24,000 nt of DNA, taken from positions 540,998 to 564,997 of the forward strand of contig NZ_CP064923.1 of the NCBI RefSeq assembly GCF_018336915.1, in the 5' to 3' direction. Below are positions 7,839-16,578 of this stretch, piece after piece. A program made the position numbers and the translations under genes. The notes below the pieces were generated by a model. It was not told the DNA's origin and searched no databases. It was given only the letters and a program-made list of their open reading frames with translations. Each line of letters starts with the position of its first letter. The stretch's first letter is position 1. The DNA is from Acaryochloris marina S15. Lineage in GTDB: Bacteria; Cyanobacteriota; Cyanobacteriia; Thermosynechococcales; Thermosynechococcaceae.

Positions 7839-9371
7839 ATGTTTAAGTCGTTTTATATCAAGCCCCATGAACGGGGTATGTTGTTTTATCGCAGCAAGTT
7901 TGAGATGTTTTTGCTGCCGGGTACCCATCGTCGCATGGGGTGGCATTGGCAGGTGAAGACTTTTGATTTAAATCAGCCCCAAGTCCAGATTGACCATTTG
8001 GAGATGTTGCTGCAAACCCATGCCCACAGTATGGATGAGTATTTTACGGTGGTGCGCACGGCTTATAACCAGGCTGCCTTAGTCCGGTTAGGACAACAAT
8101 GGTGCACGATTGGCCCGAATCAACTGCAAGCGTTTTGGCGGGGGTTTATTGAGGTAGAAGTGCACCTATTTAACCTAGATGAGGGGCTTGAACTGCCGTC
8201 TCAGTTTGTCCAGCGATTGCGAGACGTATCGCTACCAGATTTGAATCGGGTCTCAATTCCTGAATCCCAGTTGGGGATGCTCTATGAGCAGGATAATTTT
8301 GTTCGACCTCTGGCTCCTGGAGAGTATGGGTTTTGGACCTGCGATCGCAAAATCAGTATCACCCGCTATAATCGCACCCGCCCTGAACCCGATTTCTCTT
8401 TTGAGGAAGTGCTGATTGAGCGGCATCCCGAGTTTGTCGCTAGTCACTGTGAATCCGTGCAGTTGGGCAATCAGGAAGTTGCCATTGTCCGGTACCAAGG
8501 CAAAGCAATTACGATTTTGCCCCCCTGTAGTCGCAAGCTCTTTTGGAAAGGGGTTGCGGTTGAGGTGATTGATATCAGTGAAGATGCCAAGCTATCGCCA
8601 GTGCTCGTGGCCGAGCTGGTCGCGGGGTTACCGGAAGCCCTAGAGCTGGCCTATGATGTCTTACATATTTTGGAAGTTCCGGCCCAGCATTTAGGGCTGC
8701 TGTATGAAGCCAGTGCGTTTGTAGAGACGCTGACTCCGGGTTGGCATGTCTGGTGGACCTTTGGTCGGGCTTGGAAAACTGAAGTGGTGGATTTGCGTTT
8801 GCAAACCCTAGAGGTCTCCGGTCAGGAAATCTTGTCTAAGGATAAGGTGTCTCTTCGCCTTAACCTGACGGCGGGATATCGGATCACGGATCCCGTGCAG
8901 GCCAAAACTGGCTTGAGCAATATTGAGGATTATCTCTATAAAGAGCTTCAATTTGCCCTCCGCTCAGCAGTGGGCACCAAGTCTCTGGATCAACTCCTAG
9001 AAGATAAGGGGGCGATTGATGCTAGCGTCTCTGACCATATTCGCGAGAAAACGGAGCAGTATGGGGTTGTCATTGCTTCCGTGGGTGTCAAAGATATCAT
9101 TCTGCCCGGAGAAATGAAGGCCATTCTCTGTCAGGTGGTTGAAGCAGAGAAATCCGCCCAGGCCAACGTTATTCGTCGTCGGGAAGAGACGGCTGCCACG
9201 CGCAGTATGCTCAACACTGCCAAGGTGATGGAGAGTAATCCCGTGGCCCTGCGCTTGAAAGAGCTGGAGGTGTTAGAACGGATCGCGGACAAAATTGAGC
9301 ATATTCATGTCAATGGCGGTCTCGATAGTATCTTGACCGAGATGATTCGCATCAATGGGGCTAGAGAGTAG
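7839..9371 (+). CDS. Slipin / SPFH-Band 7 domain protein of the RNA-repair-operon type
   Basis: MFKSFYIKPHERGMLFYRSKFEMFLLPGTHR start after a GAAGAAGG purine-rich RBS (the ORF track extends it to 7650); C-terminal LPPGW-like and EVSGQEILSKDKVSLRLNLTAGYRITDP...IKDIILPGEMKAIL...EAEKSAQANVIRRREETAATRS is diagnostic of stomatin/slipin family. Confidence 0.85.
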   Translation: MFKSFYIKPHERGMLFYRSKFEMFLLPGTHRRMGWHWQVKTFDLNQPQVQIDHLEMLLQTHAHSMDEYFTVVRTAYNQAALVRLGQQWCTIGPNQLQAFWRGFIEVEVHLFNLDEGLELPSQFVQRLRDVSLPDLNRVSIPESQLGMLYEQDNFVRPLAPGEYGFWTCDRKISITRYNRTRPEPDFSFEEVLIERHPEFVASHCESVQLGNQEVAIVRYQGKAITILPPCSRKLFWKGVAVEVIDISEDAKLSPVLVAELVAGLPEALELAYDVLHILEVPAQHLGLLYEASAFVETLTPGWHVWWTFGRAWKTEVVDLRLQTLEVSGQEILSKDKVSLRLNLTAGYRITDPVQAKTGLSNIEDYLYKELQFALRSAVGTKSLDQLLEDKGAIDASVSDHIREKTEQYGVVIASVGVKDIILPGEMKAILCQVVEAEKSAQANVIRRREETAATRSMLNTAKVMESNPVALRLKELEVLERIADKIEHIHVNGGLDSILTEMIRINGARE

Positions 9372-9413
9372 GGGAATAGGAGCCGATTCACCATCAGCTC
9401 CTAAAGGCAAGAT

Positions 9414-9857
9414 ATGGAAGCAGTCATCTTTGTGGGCATTCAGGCCACAGGCAAATCGACGTTTTATCACCATCGGTTTGGTCGGACCCATGTGCGGATC
9501 AATCTGGATATGTTGAAAACTCGACATCGTGAGCAACAGTTTTTGTCCACCTGCCTAGATACCCGTCAACGCTTTGTGGTGGACAACACCAATCCCACTC
9601 CTGCTGATCGCCAGCGGTATATCCAGCCTGCCCAAGCACAGGGCTTCTCGATTACAGGGTATTACTTTGAATCGAAGTTGGCAGATGCATTGATACGAAA
9701 CTGCGATCGCACTCCCGACCAACAAATTTCAGATAAAGGGATCCGAGGAACAGCCTCTCGCCTCATCTTGCCTGCTTATGACGAGGGGTTTGACCAACTT
9801 TTTTATGTTCGTATTCTCCCCCATCAACACTTTGCAGTTGAGGACTGGCAACCATGA
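9414..9857 (+). CDS. P-loop kinase of AAA_33 / polynucleotide 5'-kinase (Pnkp-like) type
   Basis: Walker A GIQATGKST; RQRFVVDNTNPTPADRQRYIQPA as in PNKP/zeta-type kinases; AAAGG RBS. Confidence 0.75.
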   Translation: MEAVIFVGIQATGKSTFYHHRFGRTHVRINLDMLKTRHREQQFLSTCLDTRQRFVVDNTNPTPADRQRYIQPAQAQGFSITGYYFESKLADALIRNCDRTPDQQISDKGIRGTASRLILPAYDEGFDQLFYVRILPHQHFAVEDWQP

Positions 9858-10615
9858 AATTTACTGAACTCGATCAAAAACTGAGAGTCTTTGAAACCGC
9901 TCATGATTTATGCGTTTTGCCTGGGTTGTACATGGTGGCTCGTTTGGATGGACGGAATTTTACCCGCTTAACCAAAGAAACCTTGGACTTAGAAGCCCCC
10001 TTTGATTCAGGCTTTCGGGATGCCATGGTGGCAACGGTTCAGCATTTGATGAACTGCGGATTTCGAGTGATGTATGGCTATACCCAAAGCGACGAAATCT
10101 CTTTACTGCTGCACCCAGAAGAGCAGACCTTTGCTCGTAAGCTGCGCAAGCTCAACTCTTTGCTGGCAGCGGAAGCCAGTGCTAAATTGTCATTGATCTT
10201 GGGCAGTATGGCTGTCTTTGACGGTCGCATCTCCCAACTGCCCACGGTTGATTTAGTCGTTGACTATTTTCGATGGCGACAGGAAGATGCCCACCGCAAT
10301 GCCCTCAATGCCCATTGCTACTGGATGTTGCGTAAATCGGGTGACTCCGCGAGCATGGCAACTCAGAAGTTAGAGGGATTATCTGTAGGCGATAAGAATG
10401 AATTGCTGTTTCAACTGGGGCAAATCAACTTTAATGACTTACCCCACTGGCAAAAGCGGGGAGTGGGTTGCGCTTGGCAGTCGTATCCAACGGCAGGCAT
10501 CAACCCTATGTCAGGGGAAGTCTCTCAAGGGACCCGCACGAAAATCAGCATTGAGGTCAACTTGCCCATGAAAGAAGACTACAGGGAATTTGTCCTCAAT
10601 TTAATGACTCGCTGA
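9854..10615 (+). CDS. Thg1-like protein (tRNA 3'-5' polymerase / tRNA-His guanylyltransferase family)
   Basis: ARLDGRNFTRLTKE and YGYTQSDEISLLL (metal-binding D and DE), FRWRQEDAHRNALNAHCYWMLRKSG; overlaps the kinase stop by 4 nt (ATGA). Confidence 0.9.
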   Translation: MKFTELDQKLRVFETAHDLCVLPGLYMVARLDGRNFTRLTKETLDLEAPFDSGFRDAMVATVQHLMNCGFRVMYGYTQSDEISLLLHPEEQTFARKLRKLNSLLAAEASAKLSLILGSMAVFDGRISQLPTVDLVVDYFRWRQEDAHRNALNAHCYWMLRKSGDSASMATQKLEGLSVGDKNELLFQLGQINFNDLPHWQKRGVGCAWQSYPTAGINPMSGEVSQGTRTKISIEVNLPMKEDYREFVLNLMTR

Positions 10616-10619
10616 ACCT

Positions 10620-11177
10620 CTATTTCTGGGATAAAACTCGCAGCCAGGGCTTTTGGGCTCGGCGGCGCTCTAAACTCATTTCAAAGCCATAGGCTTTAAA
10701 TTCTTGTTCACTGTAATATTCCCGAAACCGAGCCAAGGGAACGCGAGACCGACCATCTAGAGAGTGAACAATAGACGTAGGAACACGAACATCTCCTCCC
10801 AAATGGACAAAGGCTTCTTCTACCGTCATCCAGGGGCGCTTAGAATCGCTCACTTCCGTGGGAATCGCTTGCTCTAAACTGCTCAGCTTATCGGCCAATC
10901 CCTTGACCATATTGCCGGGCTTCATATTTGAATTTTGCTTTGATTTCTGCAGTTTCCCTATCCACACTTGGATCAGAGAGCTGAAATACTGGAAAATTCG
11001 CTTGAGAATTCGCCCACAGACTTGAAGGATGCTGCCAGCCCCGGCTTGACTGGACGGGCTGCCCTGAGAGGCAATGGCGGCACTGGACCAGCCGCAATTG
11101 GCACAGACTTGACGCCCGGATTTGAGAGGGGGTCCTAAGCGATTGGAGCAACGGGGACAGGTTTCCAGCATAGTCAA
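10620..11177 (-). CDS. Zinc-ribbon protein, function unknown
   Basis: N-terminal CPRCSNRLG...CANCGWSS CxxC pairs; C-terminal MTVEEAFVHLGGDVRVPTSIVHSLDGRSRVPLARFREYY. Confidence 0.6.
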   Translation of the reverse strand: MTMLETCPRCSNRLGPPLKSGRQVCANCGWSSAAIASQGSPSSQAGAGSILQVCGRILKRIFQYFSSLIQVWIGKLQKSKQNSNMKPGNMVKGLADKLSSLEQAIPTEVSDSKRPWMTVEEAFVHLGGDVRVPTSIVHSLDGRSRVPLARFREYYSEQEFKAYGFEMSLERRRAQKPWLRVLSQK

Positions 11178-11216
11178 AGTCTCCTAAGACAGGGATGCGC
11201 GAACGAAGATAACACG

Positions 11217-11672
11217 TTAAGTCAAGCTCTCTAGTGCAGATGTTGAACCGAGATTATGGAGAATTTCTAACGGTAAGCCATCCGCATCCGCGGCAAAGGC
11301 CACATGATATGTATGCTTGCCAATCGTTTGTGGCATGGGATAAAGCAATACTTTTAAGGTGATTGAGACTGCTTTGAGCCGTTCTCGCCATTGTTCAAGC
11401 CAGGTCGATAAGGTTTGGTCTGCCGACAGGTCATCTGTGACATCTATCGATAAATGATAATAGCCTACGTAACCCTCGTCGCCAAAGGCATCCGCTGGCG
11501 GTTTAGGATCTGGGATTTGAATTAGTTCTAGTCTGCCGATAGGACCCTCCAACCAACATCCCAGAGTATACCCAGTTGTAAAGCGTTCGATAACGTCAAA
11601 GTCTAGGGTCTGGTAGAACGAGATTGCCCGGTGGATATCCCCGGTCCGAATCGACAGATGATGCCCCTTCAT
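11217..11672 (-). CDS. VOC-family (glyoxalase/bleomycin-resistance-like) protein
   Basis: 151 aa; HLSIRTGDIHRAISFYQTLDFDVIERF ... GRLELIQIP ... VAFAADADGLPLEIL glyoxalase-fold repeats. Confidence 0.8.
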   Translation of the reverse strand: MKGHHLSIRTGDIHRAISFYQTLDFDVIERFTTGYTLGCWLEGPIGRLELIQIPDPKPPADAFGDEGYVGYYHLSIDVTDDLSADQTLSTWLEQWRERLKAVSITLKVLLYPMPQTIGKHTYHVAFAADADGLPLEILHNLGSTSALESLT

Positions 11673-11744
11673 GGCGATACCCCGATATGCTGACCATCAG
11701 ATATACCACAGCCTCCTCGTCGTTGAGCCATAGATTCAGAAGGC

Positions 11745-12251
11745 TTAATCAAATAGGCGGAAATGAGGAGAATTACTGGGAATTCCAGGTTCCTTATCGA
11801 GATCGAAATTAATCACTTGCCAGCGAGGATCATCCTCAGAGTCAGGGCTGAATTCTACGGGTAGCCCATATAAGCGTGGACGCCCTGACTGGGGTTTGTC
11901 TGACCAGGGAGAATGTTCTAAATAAGTGTTGATCAAGATCTGATAGCGTTGGGCAATAATCACTTTGGTCGCGCGATACCCTTCGGTATAGAGGCGATCT
12001 AGCGCTTCATGAATTTCGAAGCGGATGCCATCAGGATGGGTATGTTGGCGGTACCATTGCCCATCCCATAATCGCCAATGACGTCCAGATTGGAGGTGGA
12101 CTAAATCTTCAGTCTTGGGATCAGCTTCAAATGCCCCGTGACGTTGGCAAAGATAGGTATCCGTTAAGGTCAATGCGGTCATCATTTGTCGGCAATGGGG
12201 ACAGAGTGTCTCAGGCCCAAAAATCGGATAGTGCATGCTGACATGTGTCAT
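11745..12251 (-). CDS. Hypothetical protein, probable conserved cyanobacterial Cys-containing protein
   Basis: 168 aa ORF with CPHC and C-x-R-H motif, well-balanced composition. Confidence 0.6.
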   Translation of the reverse strand: MTHVSMHYPIFGPETLCPHCRQMMTALTLTDTYLCQRHGAFEADPKTEDLVHLQSGRHWRLWDGQWYRQHTHPDGIRFEIHEALDRLYTEGYRATKVIIAQRYQILINTYLEHSPWSDKPQSGRPRLYGLPVEFSPDSEDDPRWQVINFDLDKEPGIPSNSPHFRLFD

Positions 12252-12388
12252 GAAGTCAGAGAGAGCCGAAGAACTCTGGTTGCCGCTAAGGTGGCTTCAT
12301 TATAACCGTGAATCGTTTAGCGTGGCTGTTCTGAATGGTCTGGAGACCGTCTCTTTTCAGGGTAGGATCGAGACGGTGTTTTAACCCT

Positions 12389-12934
12389 ATGACCTTGGAT
12401 GTATCCAGTCCCCAATATTGGCCACCCCCGGATCTTTCCTTGGCGGCGTTTGTGGCAGATAATGCCACGGTGATCGGCAATATTCACCTTCATCGAGAGG
12501 CCAGCATTTGGTATGGTGCGGTGCTGCGGGGGGATGTCGAGCGCATTGAAATTGGCGAATATACCAACATTCAGGATGGCGCCATTCTTCATGGTGATCC
12601 GGGACAGCCGACGATTTTAGAAGATTATGTGACCGTGGGGCATCGAGCCGTGATTCACTCAGCGCATATTGAGCGAGGCACATTGATTGGTATTGGGGCC
12701 ATTATTCTCAATGGAGTACACATTGGCACTGGCAGCATTATTGGGGCTGGGGCAGTGGTGTCTAAGTCGGTTCCCCCTCGTTCCCTATGGGTGGGAGTGC
12801 CTGCAAAGCCTTTGCGGGAGATGAGTGAAGCGGAATCCGAGGATTTGATGGATCATGCTCGCCACTATCAAAAACTGGCTTTAGTCCATGCCAATCGAGG
12901 GACTGATTTGGGTTTCAAAACGATTAAAAGCTAA
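12389..12934 (+). CDS. Gamma-class carbonic-anhydrase-like / left-handed beta-helix hexapeptide protein
   Basis: VIGNIHLHREASIWYGAVLRGDVERIEIGEYTNIQDGAILH...TVGHRAVIHSAHIERGTLIGIGAIILNGVHIGTGSIIGAGAVV hexapeptide repeats; likely start at 12389 (MTLDVS) rather than 12335. Confidence 0.85.
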   Translation: MTLDVSSPQYWPPPDLSLAAFVADNATVIGNIHLHREASIWYGAVLRGDVERIEIGEYTNIQDGAILHGDPGQPTILEDYVTVGHRAVIHSAHIERGTLIGIGAIILNGVHIGTGSIIGAGAVVSKSVPPRSLWVGVPAKPLREMSEAESEDLMDHARHYQKLALVHANRGTDLGFKTIKS

Positions 12935-13023
12935 GTCTAAGGGATTTTGATTAGAAAAATCTGACTACTTGTAGGACAATGGGTAAAAAGTGCTTTTAAA
13001 ATAATTCTGAGAGGAGATTGAGC

Positions 13024-13134
13024 ATGGATGTTCGTTTATTAATTGTTTTAGCTCCTGTCGCTGTTGCTGGTGGTTGGGCTTTATTTAGAATTTTCCCCGC
13101 TGCTATCGAGCAATGGCAAGGCATGAACAAGTAA
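13024..13134 (+). CDS. psbY: Photosystem II protein Y (PsbY)-like small membrane protein; not in the ORF track
   Basis: Translated 36 aa MDVRLLIVLAPVAVAGGWALFRIFPAAIEQWQGMNK matches PsbY architecture; GAGGAG RBS upstream. Confidence 0.8.
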   Translation: MDVRLLIVLAPVAVAGGWALFRIFPAAIEQWQGMNK

Positions 13135-13174
13135 CTGGAACGTAATTGTTCAAGGTACTCCTAACTTAGTACAT

Positions 13175-13208
13175 GAAGCAGGGGCTAGCATTAGTTAGCC
13201 CCTGCTTC
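13175..13208 (+). terminator. Strong terminator-like hairpin downstream of psbY
   Basis: 13-bp perfect inverted repeat GAAGCAGGGGCTA/TAGCCCCTGCTTC with 8-nt loop. Confidence 0.75.
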
Positions 13209-13306
13209 GATCTTTAAACTATTCTGCAAACTGATGATGACGGTCAGATCTAGAACCATCGGTTTTTTGTGGATGGCTTGAGAGAATATGCCGATGTAGA
13301 AAATGC

Positions 13307-13840
13307 CTAACATCTCAGATAGGGCAGTAATATTTGAGTGGTCTCCCCCGATAAATTCAGGCGTCGTTGTAGATCCGCCAGGTTGTGAAAGGGACCGTGG
13401 GCAATGCGATCGCGAATAACGTTTCGCGCCAGACTCGGTGTCATCTCCGGTATCGTCATCAGCTGTTCTACAGAAGCTGCGTTTAAGTTAAAGGCGGGGG
13501 CTAAGGCAAGGCTCTCCTGGTCGTAGTAGCAAAACTGCATCACTGCTGCTAGAGGCTGCATCCGCTGGACAGGCTGGGATAGGGCAGCTGCCACATCTTC
13601 AATGGCGTAAAATTGGACGCCATTCTGGGTTAATTGCACGAGCTGGCGGGCCTGGTGAATGGACAGTCCTGGCAAGCGCAGCCAATCATCGACACTGGCT
13701 TGATTAACGTCAATGCTGACGCCCAGCTCAGCGGCCAAAGCAACTTCTGCCAAGGACTGAAACCGATAATAGGGGTCAGCCAAAATCTGAGCCCGTAGCG
13801 GTCCTTGCTGTTGAGTCCACTGCACGAGGCGGTTGAGCAT
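13307..13840 (-). CDS. Helix-hairpin-helix (ComEA / T2SS-K-like) domain protein
   Basis: FNLNAASVEQLMTIPEMTPSLARNVIRDRIAHGPFHNLADLQRRLNLS HhH pattern; second HhH-like segment at the N-terminus. Confidence 0.75.
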   Translation of the reverse strand: MLNRLVQWTQQQGPLRAQILADPYYRFQSLAEVALAAELGVSIDVNQASVDDWLRLPGLSIHQARQLVQLTQNGVQFYAIEDVAAALSQPVQRMQPLAAVMQFCYYDQESLALAPAFNLNAASVEQLMTIPEMTPSLARNVIRDRIAHGPFHNLADLQRRLNLSGETTQILLPYLRC

Positions 13841-13857
13841 GGCTATTTATAGGTGCA

Positions 13858-14271
13858 CTAACCTAAGAGCTGTCGTCGCTGTTGCTCAAATTCGTAGTCT
13901 GTCACTAGTCCCTCTTGGCGGAGGCTTTCGAGCTGGCGTAGCGAATCTGCGATCGCATTCATCTGTGCCGGTTCCAGGGTCGGTTGAGTGGGTTGAGGCC
14001 AGGCCGGATTAAAGGCTTGGTGAAACCGATCATCCCCTTGGGTTAAATAAATCACGGCATCACATAGACTGGCTACCCGAGTCAGGGTGGCAATCGGTAA
14101 GGTGGCCCAAAAGATACCAGGCAGCAGATACACCAAGCCCCAGCGAGTTTGGCCTAAATAGAGCTTATGCAGACCTGGCAAGAGTAACCCTGCAAGGGCT
14201 AGGACAATGGCAACGATACGATTCTTTGGTCTCGGTAAGGCGAGACCCGATGGAGTCGAGTCAAGAGTCAT
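13858..14271 (-). CDS. TM2-like membrane protein with short C-terminal oligomerisation domain
   Basis: LALAGLLLPGLHKLYLGQTRWGLVYLLPGIFW; C-term LRQLESLRQEGLVTDYEFEQQRRQLL (SHOCT-like). Confidence 0.65.
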   Translation of the reverse strand: MTLDSTPSGLALPRPKNRIVAIVLALAGLLLPGLHKLYLGQTRWGLVYLLPGIFWATLPIATLTRVASLCDAVIYLTQGDDRFHQAFNPAWPQPTQPTLEPAQMNAIADSLRQLESLRQEGLVTDYEFEQQRRQLLG

Positions 14272-14387
14272 CAGTCAAGAGAAACCACAATGGCTAGTTG
14301 AATGGATTAGTTCTAGCACATTGCTAACCCTTCCGCGCAAGGAAAGATTGCGATGAGTATCTTGTGTCAATAGATGGTCTGCTGAGC

Positions 14388-14588
14388 TTAGGGAGACAAG
14401 CGGTGGACGAGTTTCTCTATCCACCGGACTGCTCGTTGCCAAGTCTGACTTGGAGAGGACTTAACGCTGTAAGGCTGACGCTGTTGACACCCTTGTAAGT
14501 GTTCTAACATCCGGTGCAAATTTTGGTCTTGTTTGGCCAGTTGGTGGGTTAAGCAATTAGATTGACGCTGGCAAGTATGACAAAGCAT
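14388..14588 (-). CDS. Small Cys-containing hypothetical protein
   Basis: 66 aa ORF MLCHTCQRQSNC...; marginal size. Confidence 0.3.
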   Translation of the reverse strand: MLCHTCQRQSNCLTHQLAKQDQNLHRMLEHLQGCQQRQPYSVKSSPSQTWQRAVRWIEKLVHRLSP

Positions 14589-14769
14589 AGTAGATATTCA
14601 CTCCTACTCAAGGAAGTCACGATGGCCAAGAGAGGCTCGAACATCGCAATTGGAAACGCTTTTGAAGAGTGAGGGAAGAATAAGATTCATCAATTCTAGC
14701 CAAGACGCCATCAAACGGCAGCCTTTAGATGTTGCATTTTATGAAGGGACATTTATCACAGACTGAATA

Positions 14770-15201
14770 TCAGTCCACGAAAGAGTTTGAGGCGTAAACC
14801 ACATACTGTTGAGCATCACTAGTATCGATCAGCACCTCCATGAGGTAAGCACCATCAGAAAAATCGGCATATAGGAGCGATTGCATCTGCTTGCCTTTGT
14901 GTTGCAGGGGTGAGTCTGCAAAAATCTGGCTATCGGTCTGACTCCGCCATTGCTGAATTTTGTTGAGAGGGGTTTGCTGCTGCAGTGCCAACAAGTCCTG
15001 GGGCTGAATGGTTAACTCTACCTGATAGGTCGGATTGAACCCTGAAATGCATTTTTCTTGCAGAATACGGGTACTAGCGGGCCAGTCAGTGATTTTTATG
15101 TTGGTGGCAAAGGTGTCACAAGGCACTGTGCTGCCTAACGGATCCCAACATCCTCCCAGCCCAAGGAGCAATACCCAAAACAGTGTGCTGAATCGATTCA
15201 T
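14770..15201 (-). CDS. Putative lipoprotein, unknown function
   Basis: Internal start MNRFSTLFWVLLLGLGGCWDP gives a lipobox (LGGC); the ORF-track start at 15441 is probably too far upstream. Confidence 0.6.
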   Translation of the reverse strand: MNRFSTLFWVLLLGLGGCWDPLGSTVPCDTFATNIKITDWPASTRILQEKCISGFNPTYQVELTIQPQDLLALQQQTPLNKIQQWRSQTDSQIFADSPLQHKGKQMQSLLYADFSDGAYLMEVLIDTSDAQQYVVYASNSFVD

Positions 15202-15495
15202 TTGCAGGAGAGTGCTACCAGGGGGATCAGGAGATGCGATCGCAAAACCGTGCCAGAAACTCGACTGTCTTTCACGATAAAGCTGCAGTGGAAGGATTTG
15301 AGACCATACCATTATGCAGTGTGTTGAAAGCGGCAAATTAATACCCATCTCAATCATGATCAATTCAAGCTTCTGAGCTAAACGATTCAATGGTGCCTGT
15401 GGCCTGCTTTTGAAGCCTCCATGGGGGCATGACCAACTCATACTGCAGGAGACAACATCCCTTACAGTAGAGACAGAACATTTCAGGTCAGAGTA

Positions 15496-16374
15496 GTGGT
15501 TGTTAAGCCCAATTGGTTACGAGTGAAAGCCCCGCAATGGGAGCGCGTGGGCAGTGTCAAAGATATTTTGCGGGATCTGAACCTGAATACGGTTTGTGAA
15601 GAAGCCTCTTGCCCCAATATTGGCGAGTGTTTCCACCACGGCACGGCCACATTCTTAATTATGGGACCAGCCTGTACTCGGGCTTGCCCTTACTGCGATA
15701 TCGATTTTGAGAAAAAGCCTGTGGCCCTTGACCCCACAGAGCCACAACGCTTGGCAGAAGCTGTGCGTCGGATGGATCTCAATCATGTGGTGATTACCTC
15801 TGTGAATCGCGATGATTTGCCCGATGGCGGGGCCTCACAGTTTATTCGCTGCATTGAGCAGATTCGAGTCCTGTCGCCCCAGACCACCATTGAAGTGTTG
15901 ATTCCTGACTTATGTGGCAACTGGGACGCCCTAGAGGCCATCCTGCAAGCAGCGCCTGAGGTGATCAACCACAATACGGAAACCATACCGCGCCTGTATA
16001 AACGGGTTCGACCCCAAGGGGAATATCAGCGGACCTTGGAATTGCTGATGCGATCGCGCCAGCTCGCCCCTTGGGTTTATACAAAATCCGGCATCATGGT
16101 GGGTCTAGGCGAAACAGATGCTGAAGTTCAGGAGGTCATGGCTGATTTACGCCAAGTCGATTGCGATATCCTCACCATCGGTCAATATTTGCAGCCCACG
16201 GCTAAACATTTAGGCGTACAGGACTTCGTCCATCCCGATCAATTTGCTAAATGGCAAGCTCTGGGTGAAGAGATGGGCTTTTTGCAGATTGTTTCCTCTC
16301 CCCTTACCCGCAGTTCGTATCATGCCGAGCAGGTCCAAGCCTTAATGGAAAAATATCCTCGTTCTAAACCTTGA
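15496..16374 (+). CDS. lipA: Lipoyl synthase (radical SAM)
   Basis: [42 protein letters not shown] with both [4Fe-4S] Cys motifs; R-S-S-Y-H-A C-terminus. Confidence 0.95.
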   Translation: MVVKPNWLRVKAPQWERVGSVKDILRDLNLNTVCEEASCPNIGECFHHGTATFLIMGPACTRACPYCDIDFEKKPVALDPTEPQRLAEAVRRMDLNHVVITSVNRDDLPDGGASQFIRCIEQIRVLSPQTTIEVLIPDLCGNWDALEAILQAAPEVINHNTETIPRLYKRVRPQGEYQRTLELLMRSRQLAPWVYTKSGIMVGLGETDAEVQEVMADLRQVDCDILTIGQYLQPTAKHLGVQDFVHPDQFAKWQALGEEMGFLQIVSSPLTRSSYHAEQVQALMEKYPRSKP

Positions 16375-16379
16375 GTAGA

Positions 16380-16418
16380 GTGACACTCTAGAAAGTGTCA
16401 CCTTCTGGCCAAGGCCAG
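16380..16418 (+). terminator. Tandem hairpins after lipA, probable terminator/processing site
   Basis: GTGACACT-CTAGAA-AGTGTCAC (16380-16401) followed by CTGGCC-AA-GGCCAG (16405-16418). Confidence 0.5.
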
Positions 16419-16578
16419 GCCCAGCCAATTTTCTATGCTAGAAGTCAGAATTTAATACACTTTGTCTCCGCTAGCGAAGATCAAAGCCCGTGTAATTTGA
16501 AGAGGTATGTCTGCAAAAGGCATGCCTCTTTGATTTTTCTAACTAGACTCATAGGAAAATGACTCCAGGGTGGTATGA

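Noticed and set aside
8253-8498. Antisense ORF on the minus strand within slipin, and similar short overlapping ORFs (12286-12592, 16923-17189, 20112-21060, 2945-3151)
   Set aside because: They lie opposite confidently coding frames or have atypical composition with no recognisable domain; considered spurious.
9414-9857. Zeta-toxin/antitoxin interpretation of the P-loop kinase
   Set aside because: The P-loop fold is shared with zeta toxins, but operonic coupling to Thg1-like and slipin and absence of an antitoxin-like partner favour a polynucleotide-kinase role.
1336-14271. Two TM2-type genes (1336-1836 and 13858-14271) as a duplicated module
   Set aside because: They differ in sequence and accessory C-terminal domains and have unrelated neighbours; TM2 proteins are common.
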